Shown here one piece after another: positions 37,120 to 46,159 of a DNA stretch of 64,000 bases (positions are counted from its first letter, which is position 1; each line of letters starts with the position of its first letter). Origin of the DNA: Anaerolineae bacterium (GTDB lineage: Bacteria; Chloroflexota; Anaerolineae; S140-20); contig JALUTT010000008.1 of NCBI GenBank assembly GCA_027021705.1, positions 1 through 64,000 on the forward strand, given 5' to 3'. A program made the translations under genes and the position numbers. Under the pieces are notes generated by a model that did not search any database, was not told the DNA's origin, and saw nothing but the letters and a program-made list of their open reading frames with translations.

Positions 37120-37956
37120 ATGCCCCCGCCCCTCGGCCCCTTCACCAGAGCGTTTGGGGGAAGGGAGACGGTGAAAAGGCTTCAGGATCGCTTTGAGGGA
37201 TTGCCTTCTCCCCATTGGTCCCAGTACACTGCCGGCAAGGGCCGGATTGTCCTGACTGGGACCAGCGTGCGCTTTCTTCTGGAGGGCGCTCGGGCCGGGG
37301 AACTCTCCGATGCTCAAATTGACGATTACCAGGGTCTTCCACGCCGGCGGTTCTACTGGCGTCCTCCTCTACGGATGCAGGTTCGGGCCAGGGCTTCCCA
37401 TCCGGCGGGGAGGCTGCAGGGGACGGCAGGATTCGGCTTCTGGAATGCCCCCTTCGGTGTGAGAACCCGGTGGCCGGCGTTGCCCCAGGCGATCTGGTTC
37501 TTCTACGCCTCGCCACCCTCGGAGATGCGGCTGGCCTTGGGCCTGCCTGGCTGGGGGTGGAAGGCGGCCTGTCTGGATGCGGGGCGACCAGCAGCGCTCC
37601 TGTGGGCTCCTTTCGCCCTGCCCCTGGTCCTCTTGATGCGGCTCCAGCCCGTCTACCAACGGCTCTGGCCGACCATTCAGCAGGCTCTGGCCATCCACGA
37701 ACGGCTGTTGGAGGTGGACTTGACCGCTTGGCACACCTACGAACTGGTGTGGCGGCCTGACGGTGCGACCTGGTCGGTGGACGGTGAGCAGATCCTCACC
37801 GCCCCGGCGGCCCCTCGGGGTCCCCTGGCCTTCGTCGCCTGGCTGGACAACCAGACCGCCGTCGTCACACCCCAAGGCCGATTGCGCCTTGGCCTGTTAG
37901 AGGTTCCCCACCGCCAGTGGTTGGAACTGGACTGGGTCGAGATCTGTTCCTGGTGA
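37120..37956 (+). CDS. Hypothetical protein, concanavalin-A/GH16-like fold possible
   Basis: GTAGFGFWN, WHTYELVW...VDG, WLDNQ. Confidence 0.65.
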   Translation: MPPPLGPFTRAFGGRETVKRLQDRFEGLPSPHWSQYTAGKGRIVLTGTSVRFLLEGARAGELSDAQIDDYQGLPRRRFYWRPPLRMQVRARASHPAGRLQGTAGFGFWNAPFGVRTRWPALPQAIWFFYASPPSEMRLALGLPGWGWKAACLDAGRPAALLWAPFALPLVLLMRLQPVYQRLWPTIQQALAIHERLLEVDLTAWHTYELVWRPDGATWSVDGEQILTAPAAPRGPLAFVAWLDNQTAVVTPQGRLRLGLLEVPHRQWLELDWVEICSW

Positions 37957-38102
37957 GCGTATGATCTGAGCGAGAAGATCGGTCAACGAAGGCTGAGCGA
38001 ATAAGCGAATGGCCGCTCGCCACGGCCCAAACGAACCAAGAAAGTTGTCGGAGAACGTCGAGAGATGGCGCGTAGAGGCTATGTTGGGAAGAGGAGTAGG
38101 AT

Positions 38103-38477
38103 ATGGCTGGTCGCGTTATGGCGATTATGGCAGATCTGTTCTTTGCCATCCGCTTGGAGGATGTAGCTCAGACGACGGGCTGTGAGATCATCTGGCCCTC
38201 CATTGCTGACGATGTGGTAGCGGTGGCGGAGGAGGAAGGGGTCGCCCTCATCCTCGTGGATACCCACACTATCCTGCCGTGGGAGCGGTGGGTGCAGGAA
38301 CTCAAGGGCGATCCGAGAACAGCCCCCATTCCGATCATCGCCTTCGGAGCGCCTGCGGATTCCAAGCTCCGCCAGCAGGCACTGGAGGTAGGGTGTGACG
38401 AAGTGCTGGCCCGCTCAGAGTTCGTCTCCCGTCTGCCCTCGTTGATTCAACGGTACGTGCTCCTCCAGGAGGGGTAA
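38103..38477 (+). CDS. Atypical receiver-domain protein
   Basis: ADLFF start, LILVD, PIIAFG, GCDEVL; conserved Lys absent. Confidence 0.75.
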   Translation: MAGRVMAIMADLFFAIRLEDVAQTTGCEIIWPSIADDVVAVAEEEGVALILVDTHTILPWERWVQELKGDPRTAPIPIIAFGAPADSKLRQQALEVGCDEVLARSEFVSRLPSLIQRYVLLQEG

Positions 38478-38478
38478 T

Positions 38479-39249
38479 GTGACTTTGGACTTCTCCGGCA
38501 AAGTGGCCCTCGTTACCGGCAGCGGGCGGGGGATTGGGCGAGCGATCGCCCTCCACTTGGCCCGCCACGGGGCCGATCTGGTGGTCAACTTTTTTCGCAA
38601 CCGGACGCCCGCCGAGGAGACGGCAGCCCAGATCGAGGCCCTGGGCCGACGGGCCATCGTCGTCAAGGCCAACGTGGGCGATCCCCAGGCTCTCGAACAT
38701 CTTCTGACCGAGACGGAGCGGGCCTTCGGCGGGCTGGACATCCTGGTCAACAACGCGGCTTCGGGCTACAACCGCCCCGTGATGGAACAGCGGGTGAAGG
38801 GGTGGGACTGGACGATGGGGATCAACGCCCGGGCCGCGCTCTTTCTCTCCCAGGGAGCCGTGCCCCTGATGCAGCGGCGGGGTGGCGGCCACATCGTCAA
38901 CATCTCCAGCGTTGGCTCCTTCCGCGTGTTGCCCGACTACGTCGTCGTAGGAGCTTCCAAGGCCGCGCTGGAGGCGGTCACCCGCTACCTGGCCGTGGAA
39001 CTGGCTCCCTACAACATCGTCGTCAATGCCGTCGCCGGCGGGCTGGTGGAGACCGAGGCGCTGAAGCACTTCCGCCCCCTGCGGGAGAACCGTCGGCTGC
39101 TGGAGGAGGCGGCTCGGCGGACGCCGGCCGGCCGCAACCTCCAGCCCGAGGACATCGCTCAGGTCGTCGCCTTCCTCTGCACCCCGGCCGCCCAGATGAT
39201 TCGGGGACAGGTGATCGTCGTGGACGGCGGGTACACGCTGACGGTGTGA
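38479..39249 (+). CDS. fabL: Enoyl-ACP reductase, FabL-type SDR
   Basis: TGSGRGIG, NNAASG, YVVVGASK (Y-x6-K), T.ALKHF, TPAGR. Confidence 0.85.
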   Translation: MTLDFSGKVALVTGSGRGIGRAIALHLARHGADLVVNFFRNRTPAEETAAQIEALGRRAIVVKANVGDPQALEHLLTETERAFGGLDILVNNAASGYNRPVMEQRVKGWDWTMGINARAALFLSQGAVPLMQRRGGGHIVNISSVGSFRVLPDYVVVGASKAALEAVTRYLAVELAPYNIVVNAVAGGLVETEALKHFRPLRENRRLLEEAARRTPAGRNLQPEDIAQVVAFLCTPAAQMIRGQVIVVDGGYTLTV

Positions 39250-39263
39250 GGAGAAGCTGAGAT

Positions 39264-39355
39264 CCTCCCGCAGGTTCCTCCCACGGCCTGAAGTGCGTCA
39301 CGGGCTGCCTCCGATAGGTCATTGCTGTGCCGGGCACCGCACGACCTGCGGGAGG
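39264..39355. repeat. 92-bp element bounded by CCTCCCGCAGGT/ACCTGCGGGAGG
   Basis: Perfect 12-bp inverted repeat; same ends at 50451-50543. Confidence 0.6.
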
Positions 39356-39433
39356 GTTTGGGGGGAGCTAGAGAGGCTGATGGTCCGGGAGCGACGAGAG
39401 GCTGCCCGGCTCTGATCCCGATGGAGGGAGCCA

Positions 39434-41083
39434 ATGGAGGCCGAGAACCTGCGCTGGTGGGGATGGGGACGGCGGGATGTCTCCTACTCGCTGGAGGGAC
39501 GGGAGCGCTTTTGGCCCTTCCTGCAGGAACGGCTGGGTATCTCCGGACAGGTCGTCTCCCGCCCGCCTCCCTTGGAGGCGATCCTCTTGCCCCCGTCGCG
39601 TCTGACGCCGAGGGACCGGACCCACTTGGAGCGCTTGGTCGGCCCGGACGGCTGCCGGACCGACAGACGGACCCGCATCGAGCACGCCTACGGCAAGGGG
39701 TACCGGGACCTGATCCGGGCGCGGCGAGGGGAGTTCTCCCACCCCCCCGATGCCGTCCTCTACCCCTCCGACGAGCAGCAGGTGGCCGCCCTCCTGGCCT
39801 GGGCGGCGGAGCGGGAGGTGGCCATCATCCCCTTCGGCGGAGGTTCCAGCGTCACCGGTGGCGTGGAGCCCCCGGAGGACCGCCCCGCCATTACGCTGGA
39901 CCTGGCCCGGCTGAACCGGGTGCTGGCCTTGGACCTTCGTTCCCAGACGGCGACGGTGGAGGCCGGTATCTTGGGGCCGGACCTGGAGGCAGCGCTGAAC
40001 GACCAGGGCTTCACCTTGGGCCACTTCCCTCAGTCTTTCCAGTTCAGCACCCTGGGCGGCTGGATCGCCACCCGGGGGGCGGGGGCTACCTCCATCCGCT
40101 ACGGCAAGATCGAGGCGATGGTCGAGGCGCTGCGGGTGGTCACGCCGGTGGGGGTGATCGAGACCAGCCCGCTTCCGGCCGAGGCCGCTGGTCCCGACCT
40201 GAAGGCGCTCCTCGTCGGCTCCGAGGGGACCCTGGGCGTCATCACCCAGGCCACGCTGCGGATCCACCCCCTCCCCTCCGTGCGCCAGGGGGAGGGGCTC
40301 CTCTTCCCCTCCTTCGAGGCCGGCGTCGAGGCGGTTCGGACGATGCTCCAGAGCGGCACCCCACCGGCGATGGTCCGCCTCTCCGACGCCGAGGAGACGA
40401 CCGCCTACTGGGCCTTCAGCCCCACCCACCGGGGCTGGAAGGGGGTGCGGGACCGGCTGGTGGCGGCCTATTTGGCCCGGCGGGGCTACGGCCTGGACCA
40501 GGGAAGCTGCCTGATGGTGGTCCAGTACGAGGGGAGTTCCGACGAGGCCACCTTCCAGCGGCGCACCGCCCGCCGGGCCAGACGGGCCTACGGCGGCCTC
40601 TCCCTCGGCTCCGGCCCCTTCCGCGCCTTCTACCGGGACCGCTACGCCACCCCCTATCTGCGGGACCTGCTGCTGGACTACGGGCTGATGGTGGACACGC
40701 TGGAGACGGCGACGACCTGGGAGAGGCTGTTCCCCCTCTACCAGGCCCTGACCCAGGCCATCCGTCGGGCCATCCTGGTCCAGGCGCCGGGAGCCCTGGT
40801 GATGACCCACCTCTCCCACGCCTACCGGGATGGCGGCTCCCTCTACGTCACTTTTATGGGCCGACAGGCGAAGGACCCCATCGCCCAGTGGTGGATGGTC
40901 AAGCGGACGGCGATGGACATCCTCATCACCCACGGCGGGGCGATCAGCCACCACCACGGCGTGGGCCGAGATCACGTCCCTTGGCTGGCCCGTCAGCGGG
41001 GGTCGCAGGGGATGGACGCGCTACGGGCGCTGAAACGGACACTGGACCCTCAGGGGATTATGAACCCGGGGGTGCTCCTGTAG
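39434..41083 (+). CDS. FAD-binding oxidoreductase, alkylglycerone-phosphate synthase-like
   Basis: PFGGGSSV, GHFPQSFQFSTLGGWIATRG, GSEGTLG, SHHHGVG. Confidence 0.9.
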   Translation: MEAENLRWWGWGRRDVSYSLEGRERFWPFLQERLGISGQVVSRPPPLEAILLPPSRLTPRDRTHLERLVGPDGCRTDRRTRIEHAYGKGYRDLIRARRGEFSHPPDAVLYPSDEQQVAALLAWAAEREVAIIPFGGGSSVTGGVEPPEDRPAITLDLARLNRVLALDLRSQTATVEAGILGPDLEAALNDQGFTLGHFPQSFQFSTLGGWIATRGAGATSIRYGKIEAMVEALRVVTPVGVIETSPLPAEAAGPDLKALLVGSEGTLGVITQATLRIHPLPSVRQGEGLLFPSFEAGVEAVRTMLQSGTPPAMVRLSDAEETTAYWAFSPTHRGWKGVRDRLVAAYLARRGYGLDQGSCLMVVQYEGSSDEATFQRRTARRARRAYGGLSLGSGPFRAFYRDRYATPYLRDLLLDYGLMVDTLETATTWERLFPLYQALTQAIRRAILVQAPGALVMTHLSHAYRDGGSLYVTFMGRQAKDPIAQWWMVKRTAMDILITHGGAISHHHGVGRDHVPWLARQRGSQGMDALRALKRTLDPQGIMNPGVLL

Positions 41084-41103
41084 AACTGAGGGAAGGAGGG
41101 AAG

Positions 41104-41742
41104 ATGGACGAGATCGCACTGCTGGAGCGGTTGCACTGGCTGGGCCACAGCAGCTTCCGGCTGGACGGCCCGCCGACCCTCTACTTCGATCCCTGGAAGG
41201 TGCCGGCCGACGCTCCCCCGGCGGAGATCATCCTGGTCAGCCACGACCACTTCGACCACTGCTCGCCGGAGGACGTGAAACGGATCAGCGGCCCCCAGAC
41301 GGTGATCGTGGCCAATCCCTCGGCGGCGGGCAAGCTGAAGGGGTTCACCGTGCAGGTCCTGCGTCCGGGGGAGCGGACGACCGTCGGAGAGGTGGAGATC
41401 GAGGCGGTGCCTGCCTACAACGTGGGCAAGCCCTTCCACCCCCGCAGGGCCGACCATGTGGGCTTCGTCGTCACGGTGGGCGGGGAGCGCCTCTACTTCG
41501 CCGGGGACACCGACCTGATCCCGGAGATGGCCCAGGTGCGCTGCGACGTCGCCTTGCTGCCGGTGAGCGGCACCTACGTGATGACGGCTGAGGAGGCTGC
41601 CCAGGCGGCCCGGCGGATCAACCCCTGCATCGCCATCCCGATGCACTACGGCGGGGGTGTGGTCGGGACGCGGGCCGACGCCGAGCGCTTCCGAGACCTC
41701 TACGAGGGGGAGGTGGTCATCCTGGAGGCGGAGGGGGCGTGA
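41104..41742 (+). CDS. Metallo-beta-lactamase-fold hydrolase
   Basis: WLGHSSF, SHDHFDH, YFAGDTD, PMHYG; GGAGG RBS before ATG 41104. Confidence 0.9.
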   Translation: MDEIALLERLHWLGHSSFRLDGPPTLYFDPWKVPADAPPAEIILVSHDHFDHCSPEDVKRISGPQTVIVANPSAAGKLKGFTVQVLRPGERTTVGEVEIEAVPAYNVGKPFHPRRADHVGFVVTVGGERLYFAGDTDLIPEMAQVRCDVALLPVSGTYVMTAEEAAQAARRINPCIAIPMHYGGGVVGTRADAERFRDLYEGEVVILEAEGA

Positions 41743-42464
41743 TGGCCGTCGCCCACCCCTCCGACCCTGAAGCAACGGCCTGGCAGGCGCTGGAGGCAGA
41801 GATCGTCGCCTGCCGGGCCTGCCCCCGGCTGGTGGCCTGGCGCGAGCAGGTAGCCCGGGAGAAGCGACGGGCCTACCGGGATGAGGTCTACTGGGGCCGG
41901 CCGGTGCCCGGCTTTGGGGACCCGGCGGCCCGCCTGGCCATCGTCGGGCTGGCCCCGGCAGCCCACGGGGCCAACCGCACAGGCCGCCTCTTCACCGGCG
42001 ACAGTTCGGGCCGGACCTTGATCCCGGCCCTCTATCGGGCGGGCTTTGCCAACCAGCCCACCTCCGCCCATCGAGAGGATGGCCTGGAGCTCTGCGACGC
42101 CTTCCTCACCGCCGTCGTCCGCTGCGCACCGCCCAAGAACCGCCCCACCCGGGAGGAACTCCGCACCTGCCTGCCCTTCCTGCGGCGGGAGCTGGCCCTG
42201 TTGCCCAACCTGACGGTCGTGCTAGCCCTGGGGCAGATCGCCATGGAGGGGCTGCGGATCATGTGGCGGGAGGAGGGCCACCCCATCCCCCGGCTGGCTT
42301 TTCGCCACGGAGCCGTCTACACCCTGCCGCCCCCGCTGCCCACGCTGCTCGTCTCCTACCACCCCAGCCGGCAGAACACCCAGACGGGACGTCTCACCGA
42401 TGCGATGCTGGACGCCATCTTTCGACAGGCCCGGCACCTCATCGAATCCCCCGCCCCTCCCTAA
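41739..42464 (+). CDS. udgB: Uracil-DNA glycosylase family 5 (Fe-S)
   Basis: CRACPRL, GLAPAAHGANRTGR.FTGD, CAPP.N.P, YHPSRQNT. Confidence 0.85.
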   Translation: MMAVAHPSDPEATAWQALEAEIVACRACPRLVAWREQVAREKRRAYRDEVYWGRPVPGFGDPAARLAIVGLAPAAHGANRTGRLFTGDSSGRTLIPALYRAGFANQPTSAHREDGLELCDAFLTAVVRCAPPKNRPTREELRTCLPFLRRELALLPNLTVVLALGQIAMEGLRIMWREEGHPIPRLAFRHGAVYTLPPPLPTLLVSYHPSRQNTQTGRLTDAMLDAIFRQARHLIESPAPP

Positions 42465-42636
42465 CCCGATCGGGGAGAGCAGCCCAAGGCCCGCGATCAG
42501 AACGACTCACGGTCGGCATACGATGAAACCCCGGCTCCACATCGGCAAGACCGGGGTTCTGCTGAGATCGGACGGGGGTGGGCGGGAGAGCCCATCGAGG
42601 GACGACCAGCGCCGGTGCCCTTCCTACGCTACCGCG

Positions 42637-42882
42637 CTAGAAGGTCTCATCGTCCCACAAGGGCTCTTCATCTTCGTCCCACAGCTCCTCCTCTTCCTCC
42701 TCGTCCCACACCTCTTCCCATTCCTCTTCCAGGTCGTAGTCTAGCGCGTAATCCAGCTCGGGAGGGTCCAGCCCTACCACCTCCAGCTCGATGCCGCAGG
42801 AAGGACAGTCGAGCATATCGCCGATCTCGGCGTCCTCCGGGAGCCGAATGATCACTTCGCAGTCGGGACATCGGGCGATCAC
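42637..42882 (-). CDS. LysW-like zinc-ribbon protein with long acidic tail
   Basis: CPDC...CPSCG.ELEV...P.EL; AAGGAGG RBS before GTG; ends WDDETF, not EDWGE. Confidence 0.75.
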   Translation of the reverse strand: MIARCPDCEVIIRLPEDAEIGDMLDCPSCGIELEVVGLDPPELDYALDYDLEEEWEEVWDEEEEEELWDEDEEPLWDDETF

Positions 42883-42934
42883 GGCGATCCCCTCCTTTGC
42901 AGCCTGGGATTTCGGATTCCAAGGGTTCCGATTC

Positions 42935-42985
42935 AAAATACCACGACTTTCAGGGGTTGTCAAGAGGGAAAAGTCCGCTTATAAT
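42935..42985. promoter_or_regulatory. Overlapping divergent sigma70 promoters sharing a -35 region
   Basis: + TTGTCA(42957)-N17-TATAAT(42980); - TTGACA(42963)-N17-TATTTT. Confidence 0.6.
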
Positions 42986-42993
42986 TGCTTGCT

Positions 42994-43980
42994 ATGCAGG
43001 TCTCCGTGATCGTCACCGTGTTGAACGAAGCCGAGAGCCTGCCGGCGCTGCTGGACTCCCTGGCGGCCCAGACCCGTCCGCCGGACGAGGTGGTCGTCGT
43101 GGACGGGGGGTCCCGCGACGGCACGCTGGCCCTCCTGCGGGCGGAGCGACGGCTCCCCCTGCGGATCCTCGAAGCGCCGGGGACGAACATCTCCCAGGGG
43201 CGCAACCTGGCTATCGCCCAGGCGCGAGGGGAGATCATCGCCAGCACCGACGCCGGCGTCCGGCTGGATCCGGGCTGGCTGGCGGCGCTGGTCGCCCCCT
43301 TCGAGGGGGCGGACCCGCCGATGGTCGTGGCCGGCTTCTTCCGTCCGGCCCCCCAGACCCTCTTCGAGGTGGCGATGGGGGCCACCGTCCTGCCGGAGCT
43401 GCGGGACGTCAACCCCGCCACCTTCCTCCCCTCCAGCCGCTCCGTTGCCTTCCGCAAGGCGGCCTGGGAGGCGGTGGGGGGCTACCCGGAGTGGCTGGAC
43501 TACTGCGAGGACCTGATCTTCGACCTGCGGCTGCGGGAGCAGTTCGGCCCCTTCACCTTCGTGCCGGAGGCGGTGGTCTACTTCCGGCCCCGCTCCAGCC
43601 TGCGGGCCTTCTTCCGTCAGTACTACCTCTACGCCCGGGGCGACGGCAAGGCGGGCCTCTGGCCCCGCCGCCACTTGATCCGCTACCTGACCTACCTGGT
43701 GGCCGTCCCCCTCATCGGGCTGGCCGGGCTTCTGCAAGGGCCGGCCTGGTGGGGGCTCTACCTGCTCTCGGTGCCCTTTATGTTCGCCACACCCTGGCGG
43801 CGGCTGACCCGGCTCTGGGTCGGCTACGGCCCTCTGGACCGGCTGCGGGCCTTCTTCTGGGTACCCATCATCCGCGTCACCGGCGACCTGGCCAAGATGA
43901 TCGGCTATCCGGTGGGCTGCTGGTGGCGACTTCGGTCGAGTAGTCCTCAGTCGGATAGTCCACAGTCCTGGGTCGAGTAG
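42994..43980 (+). CDS. Glycosyltransferase family 2
   Basis: VSVIVTVLNE, VVDGGSRDGT, STDAG, CED. Confidence 0.9.
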   Translation: MQVSVIVTVLNEAESLPALLDSLAAQTRPPDEVVVVDGGSRDGTLALLRAERRLPLRILEAPGTNISQGRNLAIAQARGEIIASTDAGVRLDPGWLAALVAPFEGADPPMVVAGFFRPAPQTLFEVAMGATVLPELRDVNPATFLPSSRSVAFRKAAWEAVGGYPEWLDYCEDLIFDLRLREQFGPFTFVPEAVVYFRPRSSLRAFFRQYYLYARGDGKAGLWPRRHLIRYLTYLVAVPLIGLAGLLQGPAWWGLYLLSVPFMFATPWRRLTRLWVGYGPLDRLRAFFWVPIIRVTGDLAKMIGYPVGCWWRLRSSSPQSDSPQSWVE

Positions 43981-43985
43981 TCCTT

Positions 43986-44163
43986 GGTCGGGTGGTCGGT
44001 TGGTCGGGTGGTCGGGTGGTCGGGTGGTCGGGTGGTCGGGTGGTCGGGTGGTCAAGTGGTCTGTTGGTCGCCTGGTCGGTTAGTCGGTTGGTCGGTTGGC
44101 TTGGTCTGTGGTCGTTGATCGGCGGTCGGCCGTCGGTGGTCGGCGGTCGGCCGTCGGCGGTCG
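43986..44163. repeat. 8-mer (GGTCGGGT)n and 7-mer (GGTCGGC)n tandem repeats
   Basis: About 14 8-bp units at 43986-44097, then 7-mer units. Confidence 0.9.
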
Positions 44164-44184
44164 TGCACGCAACAGGAGTTCCCC

Positions 44185-44805
44185 ATGTCCTGGATTCGCT
44201 CGTGGTTCCGTCGTGAACGGATCGGCCTGACGCTGGTGATCCTGGCCCTCATCGTGCTGCTCTTGGCCTGGATAGCTCCCCAGGACCGAACGCTCCGGGC
44301 CGACAGCCGGATCGTCTACCTGCACGGGGCGCTGGTCTGGGCCGCCATCCTGAGCTTCCTGGCCGCCGGCCTGGTGGGGCTGGCGGCGCTGGTCTGGGAC
44401 CGAGGAGCGCTCCACGCCTGGACCCAGGCCCTGGGCCGGACGGCCCTGCTCTTCTGGGCCGGTTACCTCCCGCTGAGCATGGTCGCCTCCCGCCAGACCT
44501 GGGGCGGCATCTTCTGGCAGGAGCCTCGCTACCGCACCGCCTTCCAGGTCCTGGCTCTCAGCCTGGCGGTCCAGGCTGCCGGCACCCTCTGGGGGCGACG
44601 CCGGATCAGCAGCTTCCTCAACGTCCTGATGGCCGTCGCCCTGGTCTGGCTCCTCACCCACACCGAAGCGGTGCTGCACCCGGTGAACCCCATCGCCCGT
44701 TCGACGCCGATGATCCAGATCTTCTTCGGTCTGCTGGTGGGGGGAACCGGCCTGGCAGCCCTCCAGGTCGCCCGCTGGCACCGGGCCCGGATTCCCGGCG
44801 AGTAG
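44185..44805 (+). CDS. CcmC/CcsA-like heme-handling membrane protein
   Basis: IVYLHG, Trp-rich WGGIFWQEPR, LHP. Confidence 0.65.
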   Translation: MSWIRSWFRRERIGLTLVILALIVLLLAWIAPQDRTLRADSRIVYLHGALVWAAILSFLAAGLVGLAALVWDRGALHAWTQALGRTALLFWAGYLPLSMVASRQTWGGIFWQEPRYRTAFQVLALSLAVQAAGTLWGRRRISSFLNVLMAVALVWLLTHTEAVLHPVNPIARSTPMIQIFFGLLVGGTGLAALQVARWHRARIPGE

Positions 44806-44826
44806 GCCGAGCGTAAGGAGACCCCA

Positions 44827-46122
44827 ATGCAGGTAGACCTGATCGTCCAACACGCGGCCCAACTGTGCACCGTGCCCCGCCACGAGAACGGCCCCCAGCG
44901 GGGGGAGCGCCTGGGAGACCTGGGCCTCATCGAGGACGGCGCCGTCGCCATCGCCGACGGGCGGATCATCGCCGTCGGCCCCACGCCGGAGGTGCTGGCC
45001 GACTACCAGGCGCGGGAAGTGCTGGACGCTCAGGGCAGGGTGGTGACCCCCGGCTTCGTGGACCCCCACACCCACCTGGTCTGGGCCGGCGACCGGGCCC
45101 ATGAGTTCGAGTTGCGCATCGGCGGCGCGACCTATATGGACATTATGGCCGCCGGCGGTGGGATCATGGCCACCGTCCGGGCCACCCGCGCCGCCTCTCT
45201 GGACCAACTCGTCGCCGAGACCCGGCCCCGTCTGGACCGGATGCTGGCCCACGGGACGACGACGGTGGAGGTGAAGACAGGCTACGGCCTGACGACGGCC
45301 GACGAACTAAAGCTGCTGGAGGCGATCCGTTGGCTGGATGCCGACCACCCGGCCACACTGGTCCCCACCTTCCTGGGCGCCCACGCCGTGCCGGCCGAGT
45401 ACCGGGGCCGGACCGAGGAATACGTGGACCTGGTTGTCGAGGAGATGCTGCCGGCCGTGGTCGAACGGCGGGCCGCCTTCCCTGGCCCCTTCTTCTGCGA
45501 CGTCTTCTGCGAGGAGGGGGTCTTCGACCTGGCCCAGACGCGCCGGATCCTGGAACGAGCCCAGGCGCTAGGCTTTGGCCTGAAGCTCCACGCCGACGAG
45601 TTCAAACCGCTAGGAGGGACGGCCCTGGCCGTGGCAATGGGGGCCGTCTCGGCAGACCACCTGGTCCACACCCCACCGGCGGAGATCGAGGTGCTGGGGA
45701 GGTCGGCAACGGTGGCCGTCGCTCTCCCCTGCACCCCTTTCGGGCTGGCGGAGCGGGAGTACGCGCCGGCCCGCGCTCTCCTGAAGGCCGGCGCCGCCTT
45801 GGCCCTGGCTACCGACTGCAATCCCGGCACCGCTTGGTGCGAGTCTATGCCCTTCGCTATGGCCCTGGCCTGCCGCTACATGGGGCTGACGCCGGCCCAG
45901 GCCCTGGTGGCCACCACCCTCAACGCCGCCTTCGCCGTCGGACTGGGTGATCGGGTGGGCAGCCTGGAGGTTGACAAAAACGCCGATCTGCTTATCATAG
46001 GAGCGCCGGACTACCGCCACCTGGCCTACCGCTTCGGCACCAACCTGGTCGAGGTAGTGATCAAAGCGGGGAAAGTCGTAGCAAGGCAGGGGCTTCCTGC
46101 CCATCCGACGCCCCCCCACTGA
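44827..46122 (+). CDS. hutI: Imidazolonepropionase
   Basis: PGFVDPHTH, GGGIMATVRATR, EVKTGYGL, LHADE, ATDCNPG. Confidence 0.95.
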   Translation: MQVDLIVQHAAQLCTVPRHENGPQRGERLGDLGLIEDGAVAIADGRIIAVGPTPEVLADYQAREVLDAQGRVVTPGFVDPHTHLVWAGDRAHEFELRIGGATYMDIMAAGGGIMATVRATRAASLDQLVAETRPRLDRMLAHGTTTVEVKTGYGLTTADELKLLEAIRWLDADHPATLVPTFLGAHAVPAEYRGRTEEYVDLVVEEMLPAVVERRAAFPGPFFCDVFCEEGVFDLAQTRRILERAQALGFGLKLHADEFKPLGGTALAVAMGAVSADHLVHTPPAEIEVLGRSATVAVALPCTPFGLAEREYAPARALLKAGAALALATDCNPGTAWCESMPFAMALACRYMGLTPAQALVATTLNAAFAVGLGDRVGSLEVDKNADLLIIGAPDYRHLAYRFGTNLVEVVIKAGKVVARQGLPAHPTPPH

Positions 46123-46159
46123 CCGCTACCCAACCGTTGATCGCTTCGCAGGAGACCCT

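Noticed and set aside
39322..41103. N-terminal extension of the MBL hydrolase (806-aa ORF)
   Set aside because: Overlaps the FAD oxidoreductase out of frame; the real start with RBS is at 41104
43986..44163. CRISPR or coding repeat (PPDHPTTR ORF 42979-44055)
   Set aside because: Simple 8-mer tandem; the ORF is the antisense shadow of the GT2 gene
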